In this document: positions 9,540-18,530 of the stretch, one piece after another | Layout of the letters: every line of letters begins with the position of its first letter | Numbering within the stretch: the stretch's first letter is position 1 | Assembly: GCA_007571325.1 (NCBI GenBank) | Contig: RKRQ01000098.1 | Location: forward strand, 729 to 64,728 | DNA: 64,000 nucleotides | Direction: 5' to 3' | DNA from: Candidatus Dadabacteria bacterium | GTDB taxonomy: Bacteria; Desulfobacterota_D; UBA1144; Nemesobacterales; Nemesobacteraceae | Notes under the pieces: generated by a model | The model's database searches: none | What the model was told of the DNA's origin: nothing | What the model saw: only the letters and a program-made list of their open reading frames with translations | Translations under genes and position numbers: made by a program

Positions 9540-9827
9540 ATGACAAAAAAGGATCTGGCAGGTGTCATATATTCAGAAATAGGGTTTTCAAGAAGAGAAT
9601 CTGCGGAGATAGTCAACTTTTTTTTTGATTTGATCATAGAGAAGCTTAGGTCCGGCGAAGAGGTTAAACTGCCCGGGTTCGGAATCTTCAAGGTCACTAG
9701 AAGAAAGTCCAGAATAGGAAGGAATCCCTCCACGGGAGAGGAAGTAACAATACCTTCACGCCTCACGGTTGTTTTCAAACCCAGCAGGTTTTTAAGGAAA
9801 AAGGTTGATCAGAAAAGGGAGGACTAA
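9540..9827 (+). CDS. ihfA: integration host factor alpha / HU-family DNA-binding protein
   Basis: 95 aa with GFGIFKVTRRKSRIGRNPSTGEEVTIP beta-arm. It sits directly after pheT, as in the proteobacterial pheST-ihfA arrangement. Confidence 0.75.
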   Translation: MTKKDLAGVIYSEIGFSRRESAEIVNFFFDLIIEKLRSGEEVKLPGFGIFKVTRRKSRIGRNPSTGEEVTIPSRLTVVFKPSRFLRKKVDQKRED

Positions 9828-10506
9828 AATACCAGACCCAAAAACTCCCCAATCCTCTTTTCTCAAGCAGAGCTTCATCGCTGGCATCCTAATTATCGTT
9901 CCTTTCGGGGTGACCATTTTCGTTCTCTACGAGTTGATAAAGTGGATGCTTTTCTTTTTCAGCACTGGTCCAGCCGGGATACTCCACCATTTTATAGATG
10001 TTCCTCCCTACATATTTCAGGGACTATCTTTCATAATAGGAATCTTAGCCACTCTGCTGGTGATCCTTTTTTTAGGAGCCGTGACAAGAAACTTTATAGG
10101 TAGAAGAATGCTTCTGTTCGGCGAGTCACTCATCTCGAAAATTCCTCTAGCGAGAACATTCTACACAAGCGTTAAGCAGGTCGTTAGGACATTTGTTGTT
10201 TCCTCCCACACTCAGAATCTGAAAAGAGTCGTACTGGTTGAATACCCTAGAAAAGGGATTCGCGCTATAGCTTTTGTAACTGGAGTTACGGAAGCCGGGA
10301 AAAACCACAACATCACCGATTGTAGACTCGTCAGTTTATTCATTCCCACAACTCCTAATCCGACAAGCGGTATCTATTTGATGGCTCCCGAAGACGAACT
10401 GCAAGAACTGGATATTTCCGTGGAAGATGCGTTTCAGCTTATAGTCTCCGCCGGGATTTCTCAAAACAATTCAGATGTTTCTGAGCAAAATAAGGAAAAC
10501 GGTTGA
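9805..10506 (+). CDS. DUF502 family membrane protein
   Basis: 233 aa with two N-terminal TM helices, then IPLARTFYTSVKQV and a PTTPNPTSG motif as I recall for DUF502. TTG start overlaps the ihfA end. Confidence 0.7.
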   Translation: MIRKGRTKIPDPKTPQSSFLKQSFIAGILIIVPFGVTIFVLYELIKWMLFFFSTGPAGILHHFIDVPPYIFQGLSFIIGILATLLVILFLGAVTRNFIGRRMLLFGESLISKIPLARTFYTSVKQVVRTFVVSSHTQNLKRVVLVEYPRKGIRAIAFVTGVTEAGKNHNITDCRLVSLFIPTTPNPTSGIYLMAPEDELQELDISVEDAFQLIVSAGISQNNSDVSEQNKENG

Positions 10507-11890
10507 TTCCTTCGGGATGCTCGGTCCTGGAGACGTAATTGTCACGGGAGTGTCTGGGGGGTCAGATTCCATGGCATTACTTCTAGTTCTTCGGGACCTG
10601 CGGGAATTTTATCCAAATATAGACGTGATCGTTTCCCATGTCGACCACGGGCTCAGGGGGCTTGAATCTGAAGAAGATGCAGAGTTCGTAAAGGAAGCAG
10701 CTGAGAAGCTTGGTTTCTCGTTTGAATGCCTTCAGGTCGACACGGAAGCATTCAGAAAAAAGCACAAACTTTCCCTTGAGGATGCCGCTAGAGAGCTTCG
10801 CTATGAATTTTTTAACGACATACTTGTGAAACACTCGGCCCAGAAAATCGCCACGGCTCACACTCTTAACGATCAAGCGGAGACGGTAATAATGAGGTTT
10901 ATAAGAGGAAGCGGTTCCCAAGGACTCGGCGGAATAAGGCCTTCAGTCGGCAACATAATCCGTCCTCTAATAAGTGTCACCAAACTTGAGGCAAGGAAAT
11001 ACCTTCAGTCAAAAGGTTTGTCTTGGAGAGAAGATTCGACCAACAGTTCCGATAAATTTCTAAGAAACAGAATAAGGAACGAACTTATTCCACTGCTTGA
11101 GAGTTACAACCCCGCCATTGAGCAAATTCTTTCCCGAATGGCAATGGTATGCGCTGCGGAGGCGGATTTTATTTCTGCTGAAACTGAGAAGAAATTCAAG
11201 GAGATCGTCCGTGTTGTGCCCGGCGGTTTGCTTGGAGATACTGAAAAACTTTTTCGTGAACCTTCAGCTCTTAGGTTCTGCATAATGAGAAAATCGCTCT
11301 TAACCGTAAAAGGGGACCTTGATTCGATTTCTGCCAAGCATCTCTTCTCTATTGAAGAAGTTATAAAATCTGGGCAATCCTCTGCGGAGGTGACTTTGCC
11401 AGGCGGAGTCGTCTTTTATATGGGTCACGGTTTTTTCTTTTTCGCCCGCCAGGAGAGTCTTTGCGAGTTTCTGCGGACCGAGATAAAAAGCCGGGGAACC
11501 TACGAGATTTCCAAAAACTTTGAGGTTAAAGTTGAACTTACAGACGATATATCCCTTTGGGATTCAGAAAACGTCGGGTACTTTGCACCCGAAAAGGTCA
11601 ACTTTCCCATAACTCTTAGAAGCTTTTCTGAAGGAGACAGGTTCGTTCCGCTTGGAATGAGGGGAACTAAAAAGCTCAAAGATTTTTTTATTGACGAAAA
11701 AATACCGAGATTTATCAGAAAAAAAGTGCCGGTTTTTGAAACCTGCAACGGGATAATCTGGTTGGGTGGGATAAGAACGGACAATAGGTTCAAAGCTGAT
11801 AAAGCGAAAGGACCGTGGCTTAGGATAATGATTCTCGGTTCTTTTCGTAAACTACTTGATCTTGTTGTTAAAAAGCCCAAAATTTCCTAG
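10475..11890 (+). CDS. tilS: tRNA(Ile)-lysidine synthase
   Basis: 471 aa with PP-loop VSGGSDSMAL, HVDHGLRG and a TilS C-terminal domain. Confidence 0.9.
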   Translation: MFLSKIRKTVDSFGMLGPGDVIVTGVSGGSDSMALLLVLRDLREFYPNIDVIVSHVDHGLRGLESEEDAEFVKEAAEKLGFSFECLQVDTEAFRKKHKLSLEDAARELRYEFFNDILVKHSAQKIATAHTLNDQAETVIMRFIRGSGSQGLGGIRPSVGNIIRPLISVTKLEARKYLQSKGLSWREDSTNSSDKFLRNRIRNELIPLLESYNPAIEQILSRMAMVCAAEADFISAETEKKFKEIVRVVPGGLLGDTEKLFREPSALRFCIMRKSLLTVKGDLDSISAKHLFSIEEVIKSGQSSAEVTLPGGVVFYMGHGFFFFARQESLCEFLRTEIKSRGTYEISKNFEVKVELTDDISLWDSENVGYFAPEKVNFPITLRSFSEGDRFVPLGMRGTKKLKDFFIDEKIPRFIRKKVPVFETCNGIIWLGGIRTDNRFKADKAKGPWLRIMILGSFRKLLDLVVKKPKIS

Positions 11891-12831
11891 CAGTTTTTCT
11901 CAAGCCCGCTTTTGGCCACGTAGCATGCTCCCAACACTCCCGCATCGTCTCCCAAAAAAGCCTTTTTTATCTGAAGTCCTCTAGCATGAGCACCAAGAGA
12001 CCTTTTTTCGACTTCTTCAATCGTTTTATCGATAAAAAGTTGCCAAGAGCCTGAGAGCCCTCCGCCTACAACTACCGTTTTTATATCTAGGACATTAACA
12101 AGAATTGATATCCCCACTCCAAGATTTGTCCCGAAGTTGTTCCATATCTCGATTGCCGATTCATCTCTTTTGTGTGCTAATTCCGCTAGGCGTTTAGGGA
12201 TGGACGATTCTTCAGTACCGGCGAGTTTTTTACACAGTTCCGGGTATTCACAGACAATTCTTTTTATCGCTACCTGTGAAACGTAGGTTTCAACGCATCC
12301 ATTTGCACCACAGGCGCAACGTGGTCCCAGTGGGTTAATAGTCATGTGTCCAACTTCTCCGGCAAAGCCATCTTCTCCCGACCAGAGTTTTCCGTCGAGA
12401 ATTATTCCTCCTCCGAATCCGGTCCCTAAAGTTATCATTATCATTGAATTTGATCCTTTGCCTGCCCCTGCACCATATTCTCCGAGAGCTGCGCATGCGG
12501 CGTCGTTTTCAATAAAAATGGGCGTTGTGGCCCCTATTTTTTCAATAAGAGCTTTGGTAAAAGGAAAATTCTTCGTATTGGCTATGTTTGGCGCCTGAAT
12601 CAGCATGCCATCTCCACGGTCAATGGTTCCCGGTATTCCTATACCAATTGCTGATACTTCTTCGCAGGGGAATTCTTTTATGAAGCTAGACAAATTCTCG
12701 ATGAGCCTAGAAATGCCCATATGAGCGTCAGAGCAGGTTTTTCTCTCCGCAAGTGGTTTTCCGTCCTCGGAGATAATTTTTCCCCTAAGGTTGGTTCCTC
12801 CTATGTCTATGCCAAGAAATTTGCGCTTCAT
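11887..12831 (-). CDS. glk: ROK-family glucokinase
   Basis: 314 aa with N-terminal LGIDIGGTN, ROK zinc motif CACGANGCVE and GHM context. Confidence 0.8.
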   Translation of the reverse strand: MKRKFLGIDIGGTNLRGKIISEDGKPLAERKTCSDAHMGISRLIENLSSFIKEFPCEEVSAIGIGIPGTIDRGDGMLIQAPNIANTKNFPFTKALIEKIGATTPIFIENDAACAALGEYGAGAGKGSNSMIMITLGTGFGGGIILDGKLWSGEDGFAGEVGHMTINPLGPRCACGANGCVETYVSQVAIKRIVCEYPELCKKLAGTEESSIPKRLAELAHKRDESAIEIWNNFGTNLGVGISILVNVLDIKTVVVGGGLSGSWQLFIDKTIEEVEKRSLGAHARGLQIKKAFLGDDAGVLGACYVAKSGLEKNC

Positions 12832-13041
12832 TTTCTGATTTCATATAGTGAAAAACCACGGATGCCCGCTATAGTACTGCCCCAAAAATTCTATTTTACC
12901 CTGTCTTTTTGAAAAAATGTTGCACTAAGTTCTGACTCAGAGCTCTAGATTTTTACCCAAGACACGCTTAACAGGGTATAAACTATTCTGACTTACGGTG
13001 TTTTACGTTGCATATTTCTGTGGAGAAACAATAGGTTTGAA

Positions 13042-14325
13042 ATGAGCCCAAAAGCTAAAGGTATCCTCCTAGCTATCTTTTCTGTTTTTCTCTTTACTTC
13101 CTGTCAAAAAGCCCAAAAAATTCTGGGACCCGAGTCAATGCGCACCGTTCCGGTTGTTCCCGAAATGGACGACGACATTTTTCCCGAAGGACTCAAGGAA
13201 TCTGTTAGCGCAAGCGTTGAGAAACTTTTGCAGGTAAAAGATTCTCAACTTATTCTTGGAAAGAGGACCGTTTCCGCAGGGGATTACGCTCTGGCACTCA
13301 ATTATCTTCTTGCAAAGCTAGACGCAGGCGTGACCAAGGAGGATTTCATAAAAGATGTAAGGAGGAATTTTGATTTCTACGGCTTTCCAGGAGAACCTTT
13401 TGGCAAAGTTTTTGTAACCTCTTATTTTTCTCCCGTATTTTCCGCTTCCCGCATCAGGACTTCAAAACATACTCATCCCCTCTACAAGGTTCCGGATGAC
13501 TTGGTGCGTCTACGGATTGACAAGTTCATTGAGAGGTTCGAAAAATTTTCGTTTCTTGAGAACGACAAGATTTCCCGGGCAAAATTTCAATCCCTTTACG
13601 GGAGAATTGCACCAGGAGGCCCGGGCAGGACATCTGAACTGGTTCCCTACTATTCTCGAAGCGAAATTGATTCTGAGGGAAGGCTCAAAGGGAAAAAGCT
13701 TGAGATCGCTTGGGTTGATCCCCTTGATGCATTTATTCTCCAGATTCAGGGTTCCGGCAAAATAAGGTTCGCTGACGGAGAGCAGCAGATCATAGGCTAC
13801 GCCGCGCAGAACGGACATGATTACGTGGCTATAGGAAAATTTCTCTTAGAGTGGATTCCTAAGGAAAAAATGAGCCTTTGGGCCATAGAAAGCCACTTAA
13901 GATCTCTTTCCTACGAGGAACGAATGAATATCCTTTACAAGAACCCCAGTTACATTTTTTTCCGAAAACTCCCTGGAAGACCTCAGACTTCTTTTGGAAC
14001 GGAGGTGGTTGATGGAAGAACCATAGCAACGGACAAGGCTTTTTTCCCTCGAGGTTTGCTAGTGTTCATTGAATTTCAAAGACCGACTTTTGAGACTTCG
14101 TCTTCAGTTGAGCCTTCGCAGTGGAAGCCGAGTTCCCGCTTTGTAGTGAACCACGACAGTGGAGGAGCTATAAAAGGAGCCAGGCGAGTCGACCTTTTCT
14201 GGGGAGAGGGAAAAGATGCTTCTCGCCATGCCGGTGTCATTAAGAACTGGGGAAAATTTTTCTGTCTGATGCCGAAGGAAGGATTTCTAGCAATACTTAG
14301 GGAAAAAAGCGGCGGGAAAAGTTAA
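13042..14325 (+). CDS. mltA: membrane-bound lytic murein transglycosylase A (lipoprotein)
   Basis: 427 aa with signal peptide and lipobox-like LFTSC. MltA-specific domain plus C-terminal 3D domain (VNHDSGGAIKGARRVDLFWG). Confidence 0.85.
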   Translation: MSPKAKGILLAIFSVFLFTSCQKAQKILGPESMRTVPVVPEMDDDIFPEGLKESVSASVEKLLQVKDSQLILGKRTVSAGDYALALNYLLAKLDAGVTKEDFIKDVRRNFDFYGFPGEPFGKVFVTSYFSPVFSASRIRTSKHTHPLYKVPDDLVRLRIDKFIERFEKFSFLENDKISRAKFQSLYGRIAPGGPGRTSELVPYYSRSEIDSEGRLKGKKLEIAWVDPLDAFILQIQGSGKIRFADGEQQIIGYAAQNGHDYVAIGKFLLEWIPKEKMSLWAIESHLRSLSYEERMNILYKNPSYIFFRKLPGRPQTSFGTEVVDGRTIATDKAFFPRGLLVFIEFQRPTFETSSSVEPSQWKPSSRFVVNHDSGGAIKGARRVDLFWGEGKDASRHAGVIKNWGKFFCLMPKEGFLAILREKSGGKS

Positions 14326-14335
14326 GGAGGATGAT

Positions 14336-15268
14336 ATGACCAACGAAAAAACTCTTACATGTTCCCAGATGTCTTCCCTTAGTGGAGAACATCTATATGG
14401 AACCGCTCCACAGGTGAAAAACTGGTTTTTGCTCGAATACTCAGGGATGTGGAAAAAAGAGGCTTTTGCGCAGAGTAAACTGCCGCAAGCCGTAAAGGGG
14501 CACCTGGAGAAATTTCTTTTGTCTTTTGAAGAATCTAGGATTCAGTTAATAGGAGGGTCCGGCCCGCGTCAAGGCAGTCTTGTTTTTTACTATGCGTCCG
14601 TTTCTGAATTTTTCCCCAAGCTCTACAAATTCGAAATGGAGACGTACGAAGACCTTCTCTCAATAGATATTGTTGAACTCGTTCACACGGGGGAAATAGA
14701 AAAATTTTCCTGTGAGGAAAAACTTGTTTTAGTGTGCACTCATGGAGCTCGTGACAATTGCTGTGCCGCCGCGGGGTCCATGGTTTACAAGGAGCTTATA
14801 CAAAAGGAAGGAATCTATCCATGGAGGACTACCCATGTTGGCGCTCACCGTTTTGCAGCTAACCTTGTCATGCTTCCTGAAGGTATATACTATGGAAGGG
14901 TAACCACCGAGAACTTCAATGATATTGTTTCTTCTCATCTCCGCGGCGAAATTTTTCTTGACTGTTACAGAGGAAGATCATGTTTTTCTCAGACTTCACA
15001 GGTGTCAGATTATTTTTTGAGAAAAGAGATACAGAAACTTGGCATATACGACATAAGATGGGAATTTGAAAAGGACAGGGAGGATTATACGGCCGTTGAG
15101 TTCGGAATTAAAGGGGAAACCACTATTTACAGCGTAAACACGGTGGTTATGAACCAAGCGATAAAACTCAAAACAAGCTGCGAAGAACCAGAGGTAAAGG
15201 CGCTGCCTCAGTTTTACTTCTACAGCCTCATTCCCTATGAGCCACTGAGAAGAGAAAAAGAGGATTGA
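14336..15268 (+). CDS. sucrase/ferredoxin-like family protein (thioredoxin-like fold)
   Basis: 310 aa with LVCTHGARDNCCAAAG and an N-terminal GEHLYGTAP...LLEYSG pattern, as I recall for this family. Function unknown. Confidence 0.55.
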   Translation: MTNEKTLTCSQMSSLSGEHLYGTAPQVKNWFLLEYSGMWKKEAFAQSKLPQAVKGHLEKFLLSFEESRIQLIGGSGPRQGSLVFYYASVSEFFPKLYKFEMETYEDLLSIDIVELVHTGEIEKFSCEEKLVLVCTHGARDNCCAAAGSMVYKELIQKEGIYPWRTTHVGAHRFAANLVMLPEGIYYGRVTTENFNDIVSSHLRGEIFLDCYRGRSCFSQTSQVSDYFLRKEIQKLGIYDIRWEFEKDREDYTAVEFGIKGETTIYSVNTVVMNQAIKLKTSCEEPEVKALPQFYFYSLIPYEPLRREKED

Positions 15269-15326
15269 GTTTAGGGTTTGATTTTAGCTAAGAGGGAGAA
15301 AGGTTGTCGACTTAAAATTTATAATT

Positions 15327-15367
15327 CCAGTACCTTGCTAAATCTAAGCTTTTAGAAAAGGTACTGG
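15327..15367. terminator. long stem-loop between convergent genes (possible bidirectional terminator)
   Basis: CCAGTACCTT (15327-36) pairs perfectly with AAGGTACTGG (15358-67). An inner CTAAA/TTTAG stem is also present. An A/T-rich tract follows on the minus strand; there is no T-run on the plus strand. Confidence 0.4.
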
Positions 15368-15566
15368 GGGGTCATGCCCGTGTTGCTAATTCACGCTTCA
15401 TGGTAACAGGACAAGCGTCAATCTACTTCAAAACCGGGATATCGATTAGTTGCCTCACTATCTCTTCAAAACACATAGTTTTTCGGGTCCAAGACGGCTT
15501 TACAAACTTGCTGACTGTTTGTAATAAATATTATGTTGTAATATGATCAACGGTCTTTTCTATTCC

Positions 15567-16517
15567 TCATTTGTTAGAAGTCCGGTCTAGAGATTCAATA
15601 AAATGAAGAATTTCCCGCGAAAGACGCTCTGAGCTTTGGTCGTCAGGGATTACGGTATCGGTAACAAGAACGCTTATTCCAAGTGCTTCTATAGCAGCTT
15701 TTTCTCTTTCGTCTGAACGGTCTATTATTAGTACGTCAAGAAAATCGGCGTAAAGCTTTGCTACCTGAGTTGAGGAAGCTTCCATCCCTATCCCTTTCAT
15801 GAGTTTGTCAGCTGGTCCCTTGAGGGGTTTCCCGCGCATAAGAGGGCTTATGGCAACTTTGAGTCCAGATGCATTTATGAGCCTTTCCCTTACTCCTTTT
15901 ATCTTAAGTATTGGTCCTATACTTATTATAGGATTGCTTGGACATATGATCAGAATGTCAGCTCCGTCTATCGATTCGAGAACCAGCGGGGCTGGCGAGG
16001 CCTCAAGAGTGCCTTTTATATTAACCCCATGAACCGTGGGACGCATCGAATACTTTATGTAATATTCCTGAAAATGCATCTCCCCCGCATCTGTCTCCAC
16101 CCATGTTTCTATCCAGTCGTTGCTCATGGGGAGTATGCGTATTTCCCCGATTCCAAAGCGCTGCGCTATACTAGCTGTGGATTCGCTTAGGGTCCCGCCC
16201 CCGTCTATAATGCTTTTTCTGAACAGATGAGTTGCTAGATCCCTGTCGCCCAGTCCGAACCAAGCAGGAAAACCGAACCTCGTGGCTGCCCTCAGAAACT
16301 CAAACGTGTCGCCACGAAGCCCCCACCCTTTTTTTTCGTCTATGTTTTCTGAAAGCCTATAGATTATGGTGTCTATGTCTGGAGAGACTCTAATTCCGTA
16401 AATATCCATGTCATCCGCGGTGTTAACTATTACGGTGAGTTCCGATGGGGAGATTACCCCTGTGAGCCCCTTAAGGAATTTTGCTGCTCCGCTTCCGCCG
16501 CCAAGTGCCGTTATCAT
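15567..16517 (-). CDS. cofD: 2-phospho-L-lactate transferase (F420 biosynthesis, CofD family)
   Basis: 316 aa with LGGGSGAAKFLKGL, VNTADDMDIYGIRVSPDIDT and PSNPIISIGPIL motifs. These match archaeal CofD as I remember it, not the YvcK branch. Confidence 0.8.
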   Translation of the reverse strand: MITALGGGSGAAKFLKGLTGVISPSELTVIVNTADDMDIYGIRVSPDIDTIIYRLSENIDEKKGWGLRGDTFEFLRAATRFGFPAWFGLGDRDLATHLFRKSIIDGGGTLSESTASIAQRFGIGEIRILPMSNDWIETWVETDAGEMHFQEYYIKYSMRPTVHGVNIKGTLEASPAPLVLESIDGADILIICPSNPIISIGPILKIKGVRERLINASGLKVAISPLMRGKPLKGPADKLMKGIGMEASSTQVAKLYADFLDVLIIDRSDEREKAAIEALGISVLVTDTVIPDDQSSERLSREILHFIESLDRTSNK

Positions 16518-16687
16518 CTTAGTTCAGTTTTAGTTTTCTTATGCCTGTGGGCATTTCATCTGTAAACTATTTAAGTGCCTTATAGGTGTCAAGCTAGAGG
16601 AAAAGCAATTCTAACCGTGTGCGGCTTGAAAGTTAATACCGGGTTATATAGAGTTTAGGTCGTCTTTCCAAGCGAAGGAAAACCCCG

Positions 16688-18283
16688 TTGGCTTTTGATA
16701 TCATAAAAAACAAACAGAACATGCTCACAAGAGCGGTACTTTTACTTCTTGCTCTTACCTTTGTTATTGGTTTCGGGTACGTGGGAGGAATAAGTATAGG
16801 TGGGCGTGGCCCGAGCGGTGGAGTGGCGGTTGAGGTAAACGGGGACAAGATTTCCCTTGCGCAGTTCTACAACCTAAGAGACTCAATGCTTGATCGTATG
16901 CGTCGAAGCAACCAGGAAATTTCAGACGAGCTTATGGAATACGTGGATTTTTCTGTAATCGACTTGCTGGTTAATAAAAAGCTGCTCGCCCAAAAAGCAA
17001 ATGAGCTTGGAATCAGAGTAAGTCAGCAGGAGCTTTCAGATGCCATAAAAAATGACCCCGGTTTTCAGGTAGACGGTGCTTTCGTGGGGTTTGAACAATA
17101 CAAGGATTTCATTTCAAGGAGACTTAATCGTACTTTGAAGGATTTTGAAGACTCCTATAAAGAGGACCTTCTGGTGGAGAAACTCGTTTCGATTATTGAC
17201 AGTTCGGCGGTAGTAAGCGACGAAGAACTTTTGAGTATTTACAGAATGAGTGAAGAGAAAATCGATCTTTACTACGTTTCGTTTGCTGCAGAGGATTACC
17301 TTGAGAGCCAGGCGGGAAGCGAGGATGAAATAGCACGGTATTATAAGGAACGCTCAGATCTTTTCTGGGAGCCCGAAAAGAGAAAGGTGCGCTACGTAAA
17401 GCTTTCCCCCGAGGATTTCGCCGAGAACGCCCAAGTCTCTGATGAGGAGATTGAAGCCTACTACAGAACCTATCCAGATGAATTTGCTTCCGACGGCTCA
17501 CCGAGACCTTTTGAAGAAGTAAAGAAGGAGATAAAAGAGCAGCTTGTTGAGGGTAAGTCTCAGCTTCTTTACAACAGATTTCTTGAGGAGTTTCTTCGAA
17601 AAAAACGCTCTTTTTCGGATATCCTTTCCAAAAAAAGCTCTCTTGAGGTTAAGGAAACTAAGGAGTTTGCACTTGGGGGAACTGGTGGAGATGTTCCCGG
17701 GTCCATAAGAAGGGAGGCTTTTTCAGTCAAGAAAAACAGTCTTTCAGATGTAGTTCTCCGAGATTTTACTTGGTTCTTTGAAGTAACACATGTGGAGTCG
17801 TCAAAGCGCTCAGAGGTTGAGTTTGTGAGGGAAGAGATTCTTGAGGCTTTAAAAAAGGAAAAATCCATTGACCAGGCCGGAGAGTCGGCTGAAATAAATC
17901 TAGGAAAAATAAAAGCCTCGGGCAAAAGTTTCAAAACCGTTGCCAAGTCTCTTGGTTTTGTGGTGGAGCAGACAGGCTTTTTCTCAAGGTCTGATAACCC
18001 TCTCGGTACCGAATACAGAGACTTTATCTCAGAAGTTTTCTCACTAAGAAACGATCGACCAACTCCAGACCAGATATACAAATCTGGAGAGACTTTCTAC
18101 ATAGTATCGCTTGCTGATAGAAAGTCCATTGACAGTGAAGCGTTGGTAGAGTCCGAGAAAGACTATTTAAGACAACGGCAAATTTCAATGCAGAAAAGGC
18201 TTGTGGTTGAACGCCTGCTTGAGAATCTTAGAGAGAATTCAAAAATCGTTCCAAATAAAAACCTCCTTTCCCATGGGGGATGA
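16688..18283 (+). CDS. PpiD-like periplasmic chaperone (SurA N-terminal domain protein)
   Basis: 531 aa with an N-terminal membrane anchor (LLLLALTFVIGFGYVGG) and a SurA_N-like region. I cannot see a convincing parvulin PPIase core. TTG start. Confidence 0.6.
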   Translation: MAFDIIKNKQNMLTRAVLLLLALTFVIGFGYVGGISIGGRGPSGGVAVEVNGDKISLAQFYNLRDSMLDRMRRSNQEISDELMEYVDFSVIDLLVNKKLLAQKANELGIRVSQQELSDAIKNDPGFQVDGAFVGFEQYKDFISRRLNRTLKDFEDSYKEDLLVEKLVSIIDSSAVVSDEELLSIYRMSEEKIDLYYVSFAAEDYLESQAGSEDEIARYYKERSDLFWEPEKRKVRYVKLSPEDFAENAQVSDEEIEAYYRTYPDEFASDGSPRPFEEVKKEIKEQLVEGKSQLLYNRFLEEFLRKKRSFSDILSKKSSLEVKETKEFALGGTGGDVPGSIRREAFSVKKNSLSDVVLRDFTWFFEVTHVESSKRSEVEFVREEILEALKKEKSIDQAGESAEINLGKIKASGKSFKTVAKSLGFVVEQTGFFSRSDNPLGTEYRDFISEVFSLRNDRPTPDQIYKSGETFYIVSLADRKSIDSEALVESEKDYLRQRQISMQKRLVVERLLENLRENSKIVPNKNLLSHGG

Positions 18284-18300
18284 TATCACCTGGCAGAGTG

Positions 18301-18330
18301 TTGAAACTATTCTGGAATTTGTGGTATAAT
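18301..18330 (+). promoter_or_regulatory. sigma70-like promoter with extended -10
   Basis: TTGAAA (18301-06), 18-nt spacer, TGgTATAAT (18322-30). It lies about 200 nt upstream of the smc ATG. Confidence 0.4.
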
Positions 18331-18530
18331 TCCACCTGACTGGAAGGCCGTGATCGATAAGGAATCTTTTACCTACCACCGGAGTTGTATTGCTGTAGGT
18401 TCTATTCAGGATTCTAGTCCCGTCAGGGTCTCTAATATAAAATACGGATTTTAATTCTCGCTTGCCGCACGGGTGTTGTGCAAGACGGGTGACGGTGCGT
18501 GAACGTCGCGATGCCGTACCGCATACTTAC

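Noticed and set aside
18462-18530. Track start at 18462 gives SMC a 23-residue Cys/Arg-rich N-terminal extension (MPHGCCARRVTV...).
   Set aside because: SMC proteins begin M-x-(I/L)-K-x-(L/I)-x-(I/L)-x-G-F-K-S, which matches exactly the ATG at 18531. The extension is read-through of the GC-rich leader.
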